From Phoronis australis (Eukaryota > Animalia > Phoronida), in NCBI GenBank assembly GCA_002633005.1, contig NMRA01000547.1, positions 1 to 61,001 of the forward strand: a stretch of DNA of 61,001 nucleotides. The letters run 5' to 3'. The translations under genes were made by a program, and so were the position numbers. Numbering within the stretch: position 1 is the first letter of the stretch; every line of letters begins with the position of its first letter. Under the pieces are notes generated by a model. The model was not told where the DNA came from and did no database searches. It saw only the letters and a program-made list of their open reading frames with translations. This document shows, piece by piece, positions 38,957-52,090 of this stretch.

Positions 38957-41900
38957 GGTTGTTACAACCTCGACAGGCTTATCGGTACTCCATCGCCTGC
39001 TTCAAGACTTATTACAGAAGTAAACGTCCATACGGATGCTGGACGGCGCGACTGGGAAAGTGCTGCCGGACAGAACATCCGCCGTGGCGCCAGAAAGCGC
39101 GGACCTAGAAAGAAACGCAGAGGTAAAAGAGCTGGCAAACGAGCCAGACAACTCAAGTACGAAAGACTTCAACTCAACCATCTCAGGATTGGTTACTGTA
39201 ATATACGTGGCATACGTGGCAGCAAGCATATACTGGATAAAATCTGTGCGGGCTACCACATTCTCCTGTTCCAAAAAACCAAACTCGAGGACCTATCAGA
39301 CTTTGAACTCGAAGGTTTAATTTTTTCTAAAGAGGACATCACCAATGGCCTGGCGTACGCAATGAACAAAGACAGCCACACCATGGTAGAGCTTATGAAT
39401 ACTCACAGTTTCACTACCACTGACAGGCAACTACAGATTATAAGTGTCACTGATCCTGGTTTCCGCGACCCATTCACACTAGTCAATCTGTATATACGGG
39501 GAAACTCCTCCCCTAGTTGCGACCATTGGAATTTTCTTCACAATCTGCTTCAAATCTATCCAGACATTCTCATTGTTGGTGACTTTAATGCTCATCATTC
39601 CAGCTGGGATGTCTACGGTGTGAACCCAAATGGTAAAGGTCTCGCCAAATGCCTTCCAGAACTAGATTTATACATTCTCAACTCTGGTGAACCCACTAGG
39701 ATGGCTGAGAGACCGGGTGACAAGGACTCGTGCATTGACCTTGCTCTGAGCAGCGGCAATCTTCGCGATCGTGCTGAGTGGCGCAGGAGTTTTCAAGCTG
39801 GAAGCTATCACTACTTGTGTGAAGTTCAACTACACCACCACTTAAAGGCTCCAGTAACGACTTATAATGGCCCTACAATAATACCGAAGGGGATAAAATC
39901 TGGAAATCAGTGTGCAGACACGCCAAAAGTTTACATAAGCACGTATGCCACCACAGGAGGCAGAACCCCCCTACTTGTTGGAATAAAGATGTTGACACTG
40001 CCTGGGCCAACAAGCGCTCCAAAGAGCGGGATTTTGATCGTGCACGTCAAAACTGCACACCAGAAGAGTTCACGGTCGTCAGAACAGCCAGAAACAGGGC
40101 CACTGCCCTGTTCAAACGCTCAGCATCCGAGACTGCCAATCGTCGATGGGATGAGCTTTGCAGCCGATCCAACTTGACAGCTACAGATTTCTGGCACTTC
40201 CATCGTAACATGGACAAGAGACGTGCTCCTCCCAGATCCATCCTACTGAATGTAAGCAACACCATTCTCAGAAATGACAGGGAACAGGGTGAGGCTTTTC
40301 TCCTGCATTTCATCCAGCAAAGTGACCACAGTGATGAATCTGAAAGAAACCTCCTCATCCAACAACTAGATGGACTTTGCAAGACAGCTGAACAGGACAG
40401 TCAATTCTCTACAGCAGAGGTTGCGGATGCTATCAAATCTTGCAAAGAGGGTGCCCCTGGCCCCGATGAGAGTCCTGACACTCAAGTCTTTGCCTGACTT
40501 TCTGCTGGCCAAGCTTGTGAAGTCCTACAACATCAGTTTGGCCACTGGAATCATCCCTCACATCTGGACAGATGCCTTCTTAATTCCTGTACCAAAACTT
40601 GGAAAAGATCATCGTGCACTCAAGGGATGTCGCATCATAGTGATGCAGAACGTCATTGGAAAAATCCCTGAAAGAATCATGGCGCAAAGAATCACCAAGT
40701 TAATTGAACCCTGGCTCCTTCCAGGAATGGGTGCTTATCGACCTGGTAGAGATTCATGGGCCAATGCAGCTTCTGTTGCAGATGAGATATGGCAAGGTTT
40801 TGAAAACAAAGAAAACACTCTACTCGTTGGTCTTGATCTAGAAGATGCATACAATTCTGTTCAACTTCCAAAACTTGCGGATGGCATGCTTCATCTCGGT
40901 ATTCCTGTACGATGCATTAGATGGGTGATGAGTGCCCTCAACAGCCGGCGATGCATGCTAAAACATCGCACTTGGCGTTCAGAATGGGTATCTGTCAACA
41001 CAGGCTTACCCCAAGGTTCACCTCTGTCCCCAGTGCTGTTCAATATGTACACCCTCCCACTCGCCAGACTGAACCGCGCTGACTGCCGACTTCGCACCTT
41101 TGCAGACGACATGCTGCTGTCATCGCAAGGACAAACACATCATGAAATTCTCCACAAAGCACAGTCTTCATTGATGAAAATCTGCGAGTTTTGTGCTACC
41201 AGCGGAATGAGCAGCAATGGAGACAAATGTGAAGCTCTCTTCTGTACTCTGGACAATCGCCTCAGTGTTGATGATTTCCCTTGCCCTACCTACGATGGGA
41301 AGTTGATTGCAACATCTGACCACATGCGTCACTTGGGTGTAGAACTTGACCGCAGGCTCAACTTCACAACTCAAGTTAACAGTATGATCAGCCGTGCTAA
41401 CACAGGAATCAATGCCCTTAGGGCTGCGGCTGGTCGGAAGGCCGAGGAAAGGCACCTCGTCATGCTTTATAAAGCCCTGGTCACTTCGGTCTTCGATTAC
41501 GCTCTCCCCATGATCAACATCAGTAAAAATCAAATCAACAGACTTGAGAGGCTCCAGAACATTGGTCTTCGCGTCATCACTGGATGCACGAGATCTACGT
41601 CAGTCACAGCATTACGTTACCTTGTCGTTATTCCCAGCATTGCAGACAGACAATCCCTTCTACAAGGTATTACTGTAGCTAAGGCTGTTCAAAGCCCCTT
41701 CCATCCATTACACAGTCAAGTGAAGACTGCACTTGACAGGTGCGTGAACCCCGTCCCTGCAACAGAAACTTATGGACTTCGTCCTAGACCTTTTCGCAAT
41801 GCCTCCCACCAAAGACTTAGCAGGTACTCGTGGACTGTCGCTGCTGTTAATGCAACCATGGGTCTCATCGGCGAACACTTGATCGCGCAAGATGCTGCTT

Positions 41901-42694
41901 GGCTGCCAGTACAAGAACTTGGTGAGGAACCAAATGTCATCATTGCTTTCAACAGGGAAGCTCGGAAATGGCCTCCTGGAGTAGCCCAAGCATTGTGCCG
42001 TCAGCAATGGCGTGATCTTGGCGGTATTAATGCCATCATTGTAGCAACTGATGGATCCTTCGATGGTGAAACTAATCGTACGGGATGGGGTTATCAAATA
42101 CACTGTGGTAACAACGTCATTGCAGAAGGTAGTGGCTGCCACCATGTATACACAAGCAGTACGCGGATGGAGTTTGAGGCTATACAACGTGCCCTAACCA
42201 AGCTGTCACTCCTAGACCTGGAGAATCACACCATTATCTTTGCCACTGATTCCATGGCTGTGTTGATGAAACTTCAATCTGGAAACCTCCCAGCCAACTG
42301 GGGTGTCTTCCGATCACGCCACCCTCATCATGTAGTGATCTGGTCTTTCGTACCTGGCCACGCCGGTGTCTTGATTAATGAGCGTGCAGATTACCTCGCT
42401 GGCTCATGCACCACCAACCAACCCCTCTACTTATATTCGGCTGACGTTAAGCTGCTGGCCCGCAAACACAACCTCGATCAGACTGCATCCCAACTGGCTG
42501 AATTCAATGATGGCAGCCGCCTGCTCGAAGCCGGTATTATTTATGGCCATGCTGCGAAGAGTCACAAGAAGAGCCGTGCCCGAGTGCTGTCTAATCAAAT
42601 GCTTACAGGTAACGTCAGCCCTGGAGTTCTGCGCCTTCTGCTGTCACGGGGATGGTCTGGGGAGGGGATTTATGCACCAGCATATCCCCAATGA
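38957..42694 (+). pseudogene. LINE polyprotein: AP endonuclease, reverse transcriptase and RNase H, with two frameshifts
   Basis: APE: LRIGYCNIRGI, VGDFNAHH, CIDL. RT: LDLEDAYN, GLPQGSPLSPVLFN, FADD. RNase H: ATDGS, EFEAI, TDS, VPGHAG...NERADYLA. Frameshifts near 39900 and 40470. Confidence 0.92.
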
Positions 42695-42899
42695 TCCTGT
42701 CCGTGACAGGTATTACAGGTATTACAGATGTACAACCCTTAAAAATACATCGAGTCCTTTGTATTATTTCGCTGTTACGGATTTAATAGTATTTGGACAC
42801 ACCGTAGCCTGCAAAGTTCGGCAGACCAATTTACCAAGGTCCGTAGCAGGAGTTTGGGATCTGTTTGGAGATAAATTCGAAGTATTGTTCCGTGAAATA

Positions 42900-43206
42900 C
42901 ACACAGGAGAACCTATATCTGTGTTGTTTAGATTTGTGATTTTTAAGTTCTAAACAACAAAACGCTTGTTATCCCAGCCAATGGCTCGGAACCCGATCAC
43001 GCCTGTCGCAGCTGGGCTGACTCGTTGTCCCGGCCAGTGGCTCGGAACCCGATCAGGCCAGTGCAAATCTACTTACTCCTCGGGGCCGCGAATTCAGATT
43101 CCCCTTTGGCCACAGAATCGTCAGGGCAGAAGTTGTACAATGACAATCATTATTTGAATAATGAATAGGTAAATAAAGATTCACCTAACACCTGGCCGTG
43201 GGATAG
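42900..43206 (+). repeat. Unclassified interspersed repeat, second copy at about 50735-51140
   Basis: Shared blocks cagccaRtggctcggaa...cccgatcacgcc, gcaaatctacttact, aagttgtaca and agattcMcctaaca. Confidence 0.7.
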
Positions 43207-44750
43207 TGTCACGTTTTTCCCCGTGTGTGGGTAGGCGCAGGTTGTTACAGACCGGTGCTAATAGCTTTCGGTGCGAAGATTGACTGAAGACTGGTTCGAG
43301 TTAATCCTTTATTAATCCCGACCGTACGTTCACAAGCCTACTCAAACAAAACGTCCGACGTAATGTGTTTATGCTCCAGCCAGTGCTGCGAAGCCTTGAC
43401 TTGTGATGAACTTCTGAGATACTTCCAGCAACTGTTACACTCGTTGATTCAATAACCTGCTGTCTCTATAGCTGGCTCTCTATTGACTATCGCTGTAACT
43501 GCTGATTCTCTTCACTGCAACTCAAGTGTAATCTCCTGATTAACTTTCTTGAACTCACCGATTAACTGACTTGATCTTCTTGGACTCAACCCCGTGCTTG
43601 TGTACTTATAGCCTACTGCATTGTTCTAGAACTTTTCATCAATTCAAGCACATACCAGAACTTTCTGGAACCTACCCAATCATTCTACAAACATGTACTA
43701 GTCTCTAGAATATTCCAGACTGCATCAATCACTGTCATGCTAGTCTTCTAGAAAGTTCCACACTATACTGTAGTAAACAAATTATATCATCAGTGTTCTG
43801 ACCTCAGTCTTCTAGAAAGTTCCACACTAGTTTGTAGTAAACAAATTGCACTTAACTCAGGGGTCATGTCAATCAAACTGAATAACAAAACAAAACAAAA
43901 CAATACAACTAATAATATTGTCAGACTATATTCTGACAACACACCCCTGCCAAAGAGAAAAGTACTATATAATTTTCTAACACAAAATCATCTGGCATAT
44001 ATATATAATCTACTATATCTGCCGCTAAAGTGCTCCCTGACTTTCAGGCTCTCAACTTAAGTAATCTTCACTGAAAGAGTTGAACAGCGAACACTGTTTC
44101 TCTTCTTTGAGGTAATGTCGCTCACTGTATTTAAGACATCGCGTTCGTGGTACGCCTTCAACAAATTGGCATGAAAGATCTTAATCTTGCCATTCATGTT
44201 GATTCTGTAGTCCATACAATTGACTTTTTCTTTAACCTTGTAAGGCCCCTCCACTGCAGTGTAAGCTTATTGTGGTCTGTGGGAAGTAATACTAACACTC
44301 TTTGTCCCACTTGAAATTGCCTATCCCTGGCCTTTTTGTCATAGTAATGCTTGTGAATACCCTGAATATCCTCTAAGCGGTTCCTGAGCTCGAAGACATA
44401 CTGGTAAGTATTACGGACGTCGTTGCTGTCTTCCCCTGTCCAGAGTTCGCTCAGTATTTGCATCGGACCTTTTACTGTCCTGCCGTATAACAACTCAAAG
44501 GGTGAAAATCCTGTGCTTGATTGCGGGACTTCTCGGTAAGCAAATAGGACAGCTGGCAGGTACCGGTCCCAATCCTTTGGTCTTTCTTGACACATTTTCT
44601 TCAGCATGGCCTTAAGAACACCGTTGATTCTCTCACAGAGCCCGTTACAGCGTGGATTGTAAGGGGTCGTGTACAGCTGCTTTGCACTCACAAGCCTGCT
44701 GACCTCCTTCATCAGTTCCGCTTTGAACTGCGTTCCACGATCACTCAATC
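43207..44750 (-). mobile_element. Ty3/Gypsy 3' fragment: integrase remnant, PPT and 3' LTR (43207-43938)
   Basis: LSDRGTQF, TTPYNPRCNGLCER, TGFSPFELLYGR and the GPY module on the minus strand; purine-rich ggcaggggtgtgt directly before TGTCAGAA. Confidence 0.92.
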
Positions 44751-45539
44751 TTGAAAATGACATAGTTGCTAACGTTCGACAATCCAGTCGATATCTATTG
44801 AAATTGATTTCTACTTGCTCTCCCGTCCAAATAAATGGAAAAACGCACGTGAATCTGTTTGTTTATTATACCTAATTAGATATTAAAGATGGTTGACGTA
44901 ATCGTGGCCGTGGACTCAAATGTTGGGCAATTCTGCGAGAAATCTCAATTTCTGGCCGTGTAAAATTTTGGATGTAGCCTACAGACTTTTTGACGTCGAA
45001 TTCTGACTAACATTACGAGGGTATTGACTGTGCGAGACATGAGATTGAGAGAAAACAAAGGCTCGAATGTCAGGAACATGTGTGATAAAAATGGCACTCG
45101 TTTTACCAAGACACTTTATTGTCTTTATTCAGACTGTCAGCTTCGTGGAAGACTGGACGTCCTTCTGAAATCTTTACCTCCTTGTTAGTTTTTGGACTTA
45201 GTCAACATTGTCATCTCTAGTATGAATGTCACATTCTTTTTTGAGTAAAATGATACCACTTACTGTTTGAAACAGGTCTATTTTGACTTCCATTTAAAGC
45301 TATTGAATAAACGAATGGTCTTTGTTTTAGCAATGACGCTTTTATTCCACTTCACTGTACTATGTTACGGCATGGATGGATACACCACTGCAGCAATTAA
45401 ACTATGCTAATGTTCAGTTTAAAATTATTTCTTTGAAACAATTACTTGAAGCGGTGGTGAGTCAGACAGAATTTGCTTCTTTGCACAATGATTCCTATCT
45501 ATATCATTAGATTTTGCACTGCCTAATATTTCCATCTGC

Positions 45540-45948
45540 CGTTACTTGATTTTACGCAAATTTGTAATCAATGTTATTCCAGTCAAAACTATTCTTAATT
45601 TTCCACAAATTTCCCGTCTATACCATTATTCCCTAGAATTTGCTGTTTTACACTATTATTCCCTTCTATATCATTATTAGGTTTTACCTAAATTTGTAAT
45701 CAATATTATTATTCCAGTCTATACTATGTTTAAATTTCCACAAATTTGCCGTCCATACCATTATTCCATTCTATGCTATTATTAATTTTTTCCGACAAAT
45801 TTCCGGTCTATACTATTATTCTACTTTTCTAGTTGCAAAAATGTTGGGTCTATACTATCATTAGAGTCTCTACTATTATTAAAAATCGTGAAATTTTCTA
45901 GTCTATACTATTATTGCTGTCTCTACTACTATTCGGAACTCCAGAGTA
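45540..45948. repeat. Array of degenerate tatactattatt/ataccattatt motifs ending in ...ggaactccagag|TA, probable Tc1/mariner-type terminus
   Basis: Repeated subterminal motif and TA end; partner TIR absent. Confidence 0.4.
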
Positions 45949-45981
45949 CTTGGCGGAAGAATTCCGCCAAGTAATCATGTT

Positions 45982-48900
45982 GACTTGACACGGGGTGTTC
46001 AAGAACAGTATGTGGGCAAAACTGGCTGGACACTTTATCTCGATAGTCAACCTGAAGTTGAAGTCAAGACCGTTCCCAGTCAAAGATCATTCAAATTTGG
46101 CTTTGGGAAGAATATCGTGTCAACCAAGACAGTAACATTGCCAGCACAGATTGGGGACACTGTATGCCAAATTAAAGTGGAGGTAGTTCCCGTTGACGTT
46201 CCTCTACTGCTGAGCAATGAAAGTCTAAAGAGGGCAGATACAAAAATTGACCTAAAGGAGAGCTTAGTCTCCATGTTCAGTCAAGATCTACCTATTAAAC
46301 ACACATCAAGTGGACACGTGTGTAGATGTCACTGTGCCACACCAAGAAGAGACTGCAGAGGGTGAGCTTTTCTTCTTAGATGATATGAATTTGAGTGTTT
46401 GTCAGAAGTCAAAATGCTTATGAAATTACACTGTCAATTTGGCCATGCTACTTATGATAGAATTAAGCAATTGCTGAAGTGTGCAGACATCAAGGAGGAG
46501 AATGTGTTTACATTGTTAAACAACATTATCAAGAAATGTGATACATGTCTAAAATTCAAGAAGCCAAATCCTAGACCAGATGTTGGCTTGCCACTTGCAA
46601 ATGATTTTAATCAGACTGTGGCAGGCGATTTGCACCAGTTGGGTCCAAATATATGGTATTTACACATTATTCACACGCTTTAGTTCTGGGTGTATAATGC
46701 ATTGTAAGAAAGCGAATGCATTTGTTGACAATTTCATTTAGCATTGGATCAGTATTTTTGGGGCACCTCAACGATTGTTCAGTGATAATGGGGGAGAATT
46801 CAATAACGATGAAGTTAGGGACATGGCAGAGAATTTCAACATAGAGGTACTGACCACCCCGTCATATTCCCCCTGGTCTAATGGTACTCTAGAAAGAAAC
46901 AACATGATGTTGACTGATATTCTGGAAAAATTGAGATCAAGTCATTATCTTGATTGGGAAACAGCATTGGCATGGGCCTTAAAGGCTAAAAATTCATTGC
47001 ACAATACATATGGTTTCAGTCCACATCAGCTGGTTTTCGGCAGGAATCCAAATTTGCCATCAGTTTTAACAGATAACCCCCCTGCATTGGAGGGCACAAC
47101 CATGAGTGAAAAAGTTGGTAATCACATCAACGCGACGTATGCAGCAAGAGCTGCTTTTGCTAAGGCGGAAAGTTCGGAAAAGATTAGATCGAGAGCATTA
47201 AGGAAACAAACACGATCAGTTACTAATTCTTGTGATACTGAGGATAAAGTGTACTACAAAAGACCTGGTTTTTCCGAATGGAAGGGTCCTGGCGTTGTTA
47301 TTGGAAGAGATGGATCTACTATTATTGTCAAACATGGCGGTTCTATTGTGAGAGTTCATGAAATCAGATTACAAAAAGCTATCTTTGAAGTTTCGGCTAA
47401 TGAGGGTCATGGGAGTAAAAATGACGATTTCACAAACATCCACCAAAGAATGTTTGGCAAATAAATATGAGGATGATGAAATATCTGGTAGCAGTTTGCC
47501 TGAAGGAGAGGCAGGAAATAATCCAGAGTCAGCCAGAACACATGAAACAGACTCTGATGACTCAAGTTCTGAGAATCAAATGAGCTCTGATGGGGTTGAC
47601 ACTGCATCAAATGTCCCTTATCAGTCATTAAAATCTGGACAAATTATTACTTACAGGCACAGTGATGACAACTGTAGTCATGGGGAGAGCTAAAAAGGCT
47701 TCTGGCAAAAACAACAGCTGGTATAATTTAAACATTACAAGTCCTGGTGAGTTAGAAGGCGCAACATTGTCTGTTGACCACAAAAGTGTGAACGACCTGA
47801 AGATAGTTGACAATGACATAATTGATACTAGGAAAATGTTTTGATTACTGATGATGTTCAATTAAAGGATGCAAAATTAGCTGAACTGGAAAGTTGGAAA
47901 CAAAACAATGTTTATAGTGAAGTGCCAAATAAAGGTCAGAAATGTATCTCCACAAAATGGGTGTGTACCCTTAAAAACACAGAGAATGGGTGGTTCCCAA
48001 AGCCCGCTTAGTTGCTAGAGGTTTTGAGGAATTTCAAAATGACATTCAAAAAGATTCACCTACATGTGCGCATGAGTCACTGCACTTGATTGTTGAAATT
48101 TTGGGCATGAAAAACTGGAAAATGAATTCAATGGACATTAAGACAGCATTTTTGCAGGGAAATCCTATTGACAGGGAAATATATATCAGACCCCCCAAAG
48201 AAGCCAATGCGTACTGTAAATTATGGCAATTGGAAAAATGCGTATATGGCCTAAGCGACGCTTCACTGAATTGGTATTTTCGGGTGAAATCAGTCATGTT
48301 GGAAAACGGGGGGGAAGATGTCAAGGGTGGATCCTGCTTTATTTTACTTGATGAATGATAGAAATGAGGTCTATGGTATACTCGCATGTCATGTTGATGA
48401 TTTTGTCTGGGGAGGTACAGAAGAGTTTGAGACTGTTATTTCCAAAATTAGATCAACTTTTAAGGTTGACAAAGAGAATAGTGATGCATTCAAATACTGT
48501 GGGATTGAATTGCAATGCACAGGTAACAATAGGATAATTTTGCATCAGAATAAATATATGGATGATTTGTTGCAGATTGATGTTAGTGCTAGTAGAGCTA
48601 GTGAACAGAATTCTGTGTTGACTGAGAATGAGAAGCATGCTCTTAGGTCCAAAGTTGGGCAATTGTGGTTAGCACACCAAAGTAGACCAGATTTACTGTT
48701 TGATGTTAGTGTTGTGGCCAACAATATCAAATGTTGTACTGTAAAAGACATGCTGATGGTAAACAAGATTATTGGCAAGGCTAAATCAACAAAGATGTCT
48801 CTAAAGTATCAATCGTTAGGAAACAACGCCAGAAATTTGTAACATGCACTACTGCGCATGCGCTAAATCTTGCCGCAGCAGCCCTCCATAAGAAATACAC

Positions 48901-50714
48901 GAGAGCAGGCTATAATCAGGAATTTATACGCGAGGGGAGATAACTGCACAATTTGCCGATAGCCTGTCGCATAGAGTGTATGTTAAGACTTGTTACTGCC
49001 AAATATCAGCGGCATTGGTGAAAATTTTTCCACGTCTCTTGAAGTTTGAAGTTTGCCCCATTCAGGCCTATGTTAACGATCGTCCGGAAGCCCATATTTG
49101 AGCGCATAGCTCATTTTGAAGTCAAGTTTGTGGCTGAATTCATTTTGCCATCGGATTTGCCGATAGTGGAGGTGATTACCAGGAGTACTCAGAGGTTGCT
49201 GGTCCAAATTTCATGCTGTTTTTCGAAAATTTTTCCACGTCTCTTGTGTTCAGAAAATGGATCCACGTACAGTGCTGTGAGATTAAATGTTCATTGATGA
49301 GAGATTACCTCAGAATCGGTAAGAAACTGTTATGTTCATTTTCTCATCCGGTATGAGTTAAGAAATACATTCGATGTTTGAAAAAAGTCTGATATCTTAT
49401 ACAGTTTTATGCAGGTTTTTCGCCTGTGAGTATAGTTGATACTGGTTATCTTCAAAATGATGTTTCGTTTTGTGATCCACAGAACGTTGTCCTTTCGTCT
49501 TAATTTAATACTGTTACACTGGAGTGGATTCCGGACACAAATATGTATTGGCAAACATCTGAAGATTAATAAAAAGCGCTTTGGCAGCCCGCTTAGGCTG
49601 CAAGCACACACCGGCTGCCTGGTGTTCAATTCATTTTTGTTGTGCTTATGTGTAGGCCTAGAGCTGTGACCCCAATGACCCAGCTAGCACTGTCATACTG
49701 TAGACTGTGGCGTTCCAGAAATTCCAAAGACTGTTATTGTAAACTTGACAAGTATTACTCTGCAGACTATATTGACTTCAGTGGGGCTCACGGTACTAGC
49801 GCCCAAGCTTCCTGACCTTTAACCTTACTATGCGTGGTTACGATTGGTTAAGGACATGGCGCAAAGTGTCACCTAGTGGATCAAGAATGTTACAAATTTC
49901 TGGCGTTGGATCAGTGACTTGTGAGTGGCTTCGTTCAGTGATGCTGCCTTGGGCAATTTACCCAATGGTGGAAGTCAAGGGGGTTATTTTATTGGTTTGA
50001 TGAACAAGTCTGGGAAAATAAAACCTATTTGGTGGAACTCAAAGAAAATCAGACCGGTAGTTAGAAGTACATTGGCAGTTGAAACTTGAGCCATGGCAGA
50101 AGGCAATTGACGTGTCTCTCTTCATAATAACACTTTTAGGTGAATTGACGTGTGGGACACCAGATTCTACTGTTGTACAACTGGTATGTTTTACTGATTG
50201 TAAATCATTACTTGAGGCAATTAAGTCACAAAAGTTTGTAACAGCGAAGAGGCTTCGAATGGAAATCAGTGGTATAAAGGAACTCATTGAAAACAAACAG
50301 ATTAAAGAAATTAAATGGTGTGATTCTAAAGCTCAACTTGCTGATTGTCTTACAAAACGTGGAGCATCCTCTGTTGTACTGCGAAAAGTGCTAGAGACAG
50401 GCATGTTAGAATTTTAGTTAGAACATTAATTGTATACATGTTAGTAAAACTATATTAGACGATTTTTGGTATATGGATTATCTTAAGGAAAAGAAAGAGA
50501 GTGGAATTTGATAACTGTATTGGAATGTGTATATATCCTGTAGTTACATAATATTCTATCCTGTTGTTTTTTATGGTTTAGTGGTTCCTGTTTTGTAGTT
50601 AGCACTGTATTATTCATATATTCCTAGAACCTATTGACTTCCTGTACATTTCTGTATATATCCTATTATTTGTTGATATCAATACACTTTTAGTTCAAAA
50701 GCCAACTGGGCACA
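45982..50714 (+). mobile_element. GalEa-like Ty1/Copia retrotransposon, 5'-truncated and degenerate, with 3' LTR at 50509-50714
   Basis: Protease LDTGCSRTVCG; integrase HCQFGH, FSDNGGEF, SPWSNG; RT KARLVARGFEE, DIKTAFLQG, VYGL, HVDD; RNase H FSDA, TDCKSL, QLADCLTK; short LTR after a PPT. Confidence 0.92.
48824..49908. mobile_element. Non-autonomous DNA transposon with perfect 22-bp TIRs and no visible TSD
   Basis: CAACGCCAGAAATTTGTAACAT...ATGTTACAAATTTCTGGCGTTG; interrupts the Copia RT-RNase H frame. Confidence 0.9.
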
Positions 50715-52090
50715 ATCTTTGTTTTACTCACGACATTTCAGGGAGAACATAGCTGTGTGTTGTAATTTTAGACTTGCTTTTTTTTCAGTTCCAAACACGC
50801 AAAATGCTAGTTATTGCAGCCAGTGGCTCGGAATAACCCGATCACGCCAATCGCGGCCAGACTGAAGTCAACACGAACATAACTAACCAGCCAAAGTTGG
50901 AAACTAAACTTCCACTTACGAAAAGACTATACTAGTGAGCCAAAGAAAAAATGTCCATGTGATTAATTTGGTGAATTAGCCGCAAAACTGCAAATCTACT
51001 TACTAGCTCGTCGGGGGGCCGTAAAGTCAGGTTACCCTTCCACAGAACCGTCTGGGCAAAAGTTGTACAGTAACAATGATTCAAATAATATATGAATATC
51101 TAAATAGAGATTCCCCTAACATCTGACCATAGGATATAAAATCTAGTTGTTTCACAACAGCTTTCTGTCAGCAAACACTGAATTAGCATGCTCTGACACG
51201 GCCTCGGTGCCCGGTAAATTAGTTCATTGCGTCTAAAGCTGGTAACGCAGTGATTTATTCATTGCTAGCTTCTCAAAACATTTGCACTCACGAACACTCC
51301 AAGGCATTACAAATTAGTATCTAATGAGACAGACTTTGTTTCTGTTTTATATAAGCATTGGTTAGGGTGAGAATAATTCAGTCATTTTGAAACAAAACGC
51401 ACAATAATAAACGTCAACGTGGCAACTTGCAAGCCCGACTTAGACAAGTGCTGATTCGACGAAAACTTCACTGGTCAATCGTTAGGTTTCAGAGACTATC
51501 AGTTCGAATCAGAATACACTGATCAAGAAATAATTGAGAGGTTCCATGAACGTGCACAGACAACGGAACATACAGATAGTTCCGAAAACCGTTTGAATGA
51601 CTGCGAAGCCAACTGCACATATGATAATGGAAACAACTGACGCTTGCGTTTGCTGCCACGAAATTCTGCAAGTGAAACCCTTTCTTGGAGAAGTGTTTCT
51701 CACGAACCATTCTGATTTTGCACCGCATCTAAACAGAGGTGTGCTTACAATGTTTTTTGAGGGCTGAGAAAAAGAACTGGTGAAAATATCCTGAACCCAG
51801 AAGACCAAACAGGTAGCCTGACGAACGAGTCAGTCATCAAACAGGTTATATAAAACGTTATACTCTCATGCCTTGAATTAATTGTAATTGTTTATGTTTT
51901 CGTGGCCAACTACTCTTCTCCATAATCAAAAACTGATCAACAACCGATCCCATGAAATGCAGGCCACTGACAGATACGGAGAAGTTTCAGGGGCTCATAC
52001 TTAGTATTAACAGCGTGACTTTTCATTCTTCACTACAGTGAGCCACTTCCGAAGCATTACGGGCTCTCAAGGAAATCGAAAAACTATATA

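Larger units (their letters stand above)
38118..42726 (+). mobile_element. Full-length Ingi-like (I-group) non-LTR retrotransposon with 14-bp TSD
   Basis: TSD gatgtaaaaccctt (38104-38117) and gatgtacaaccctt (42727-42740); single APE-RT-RNase H ORF, no gag-like ORF1; 3' tail of ACAGGTATT repeats. Confidence 0.88.
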
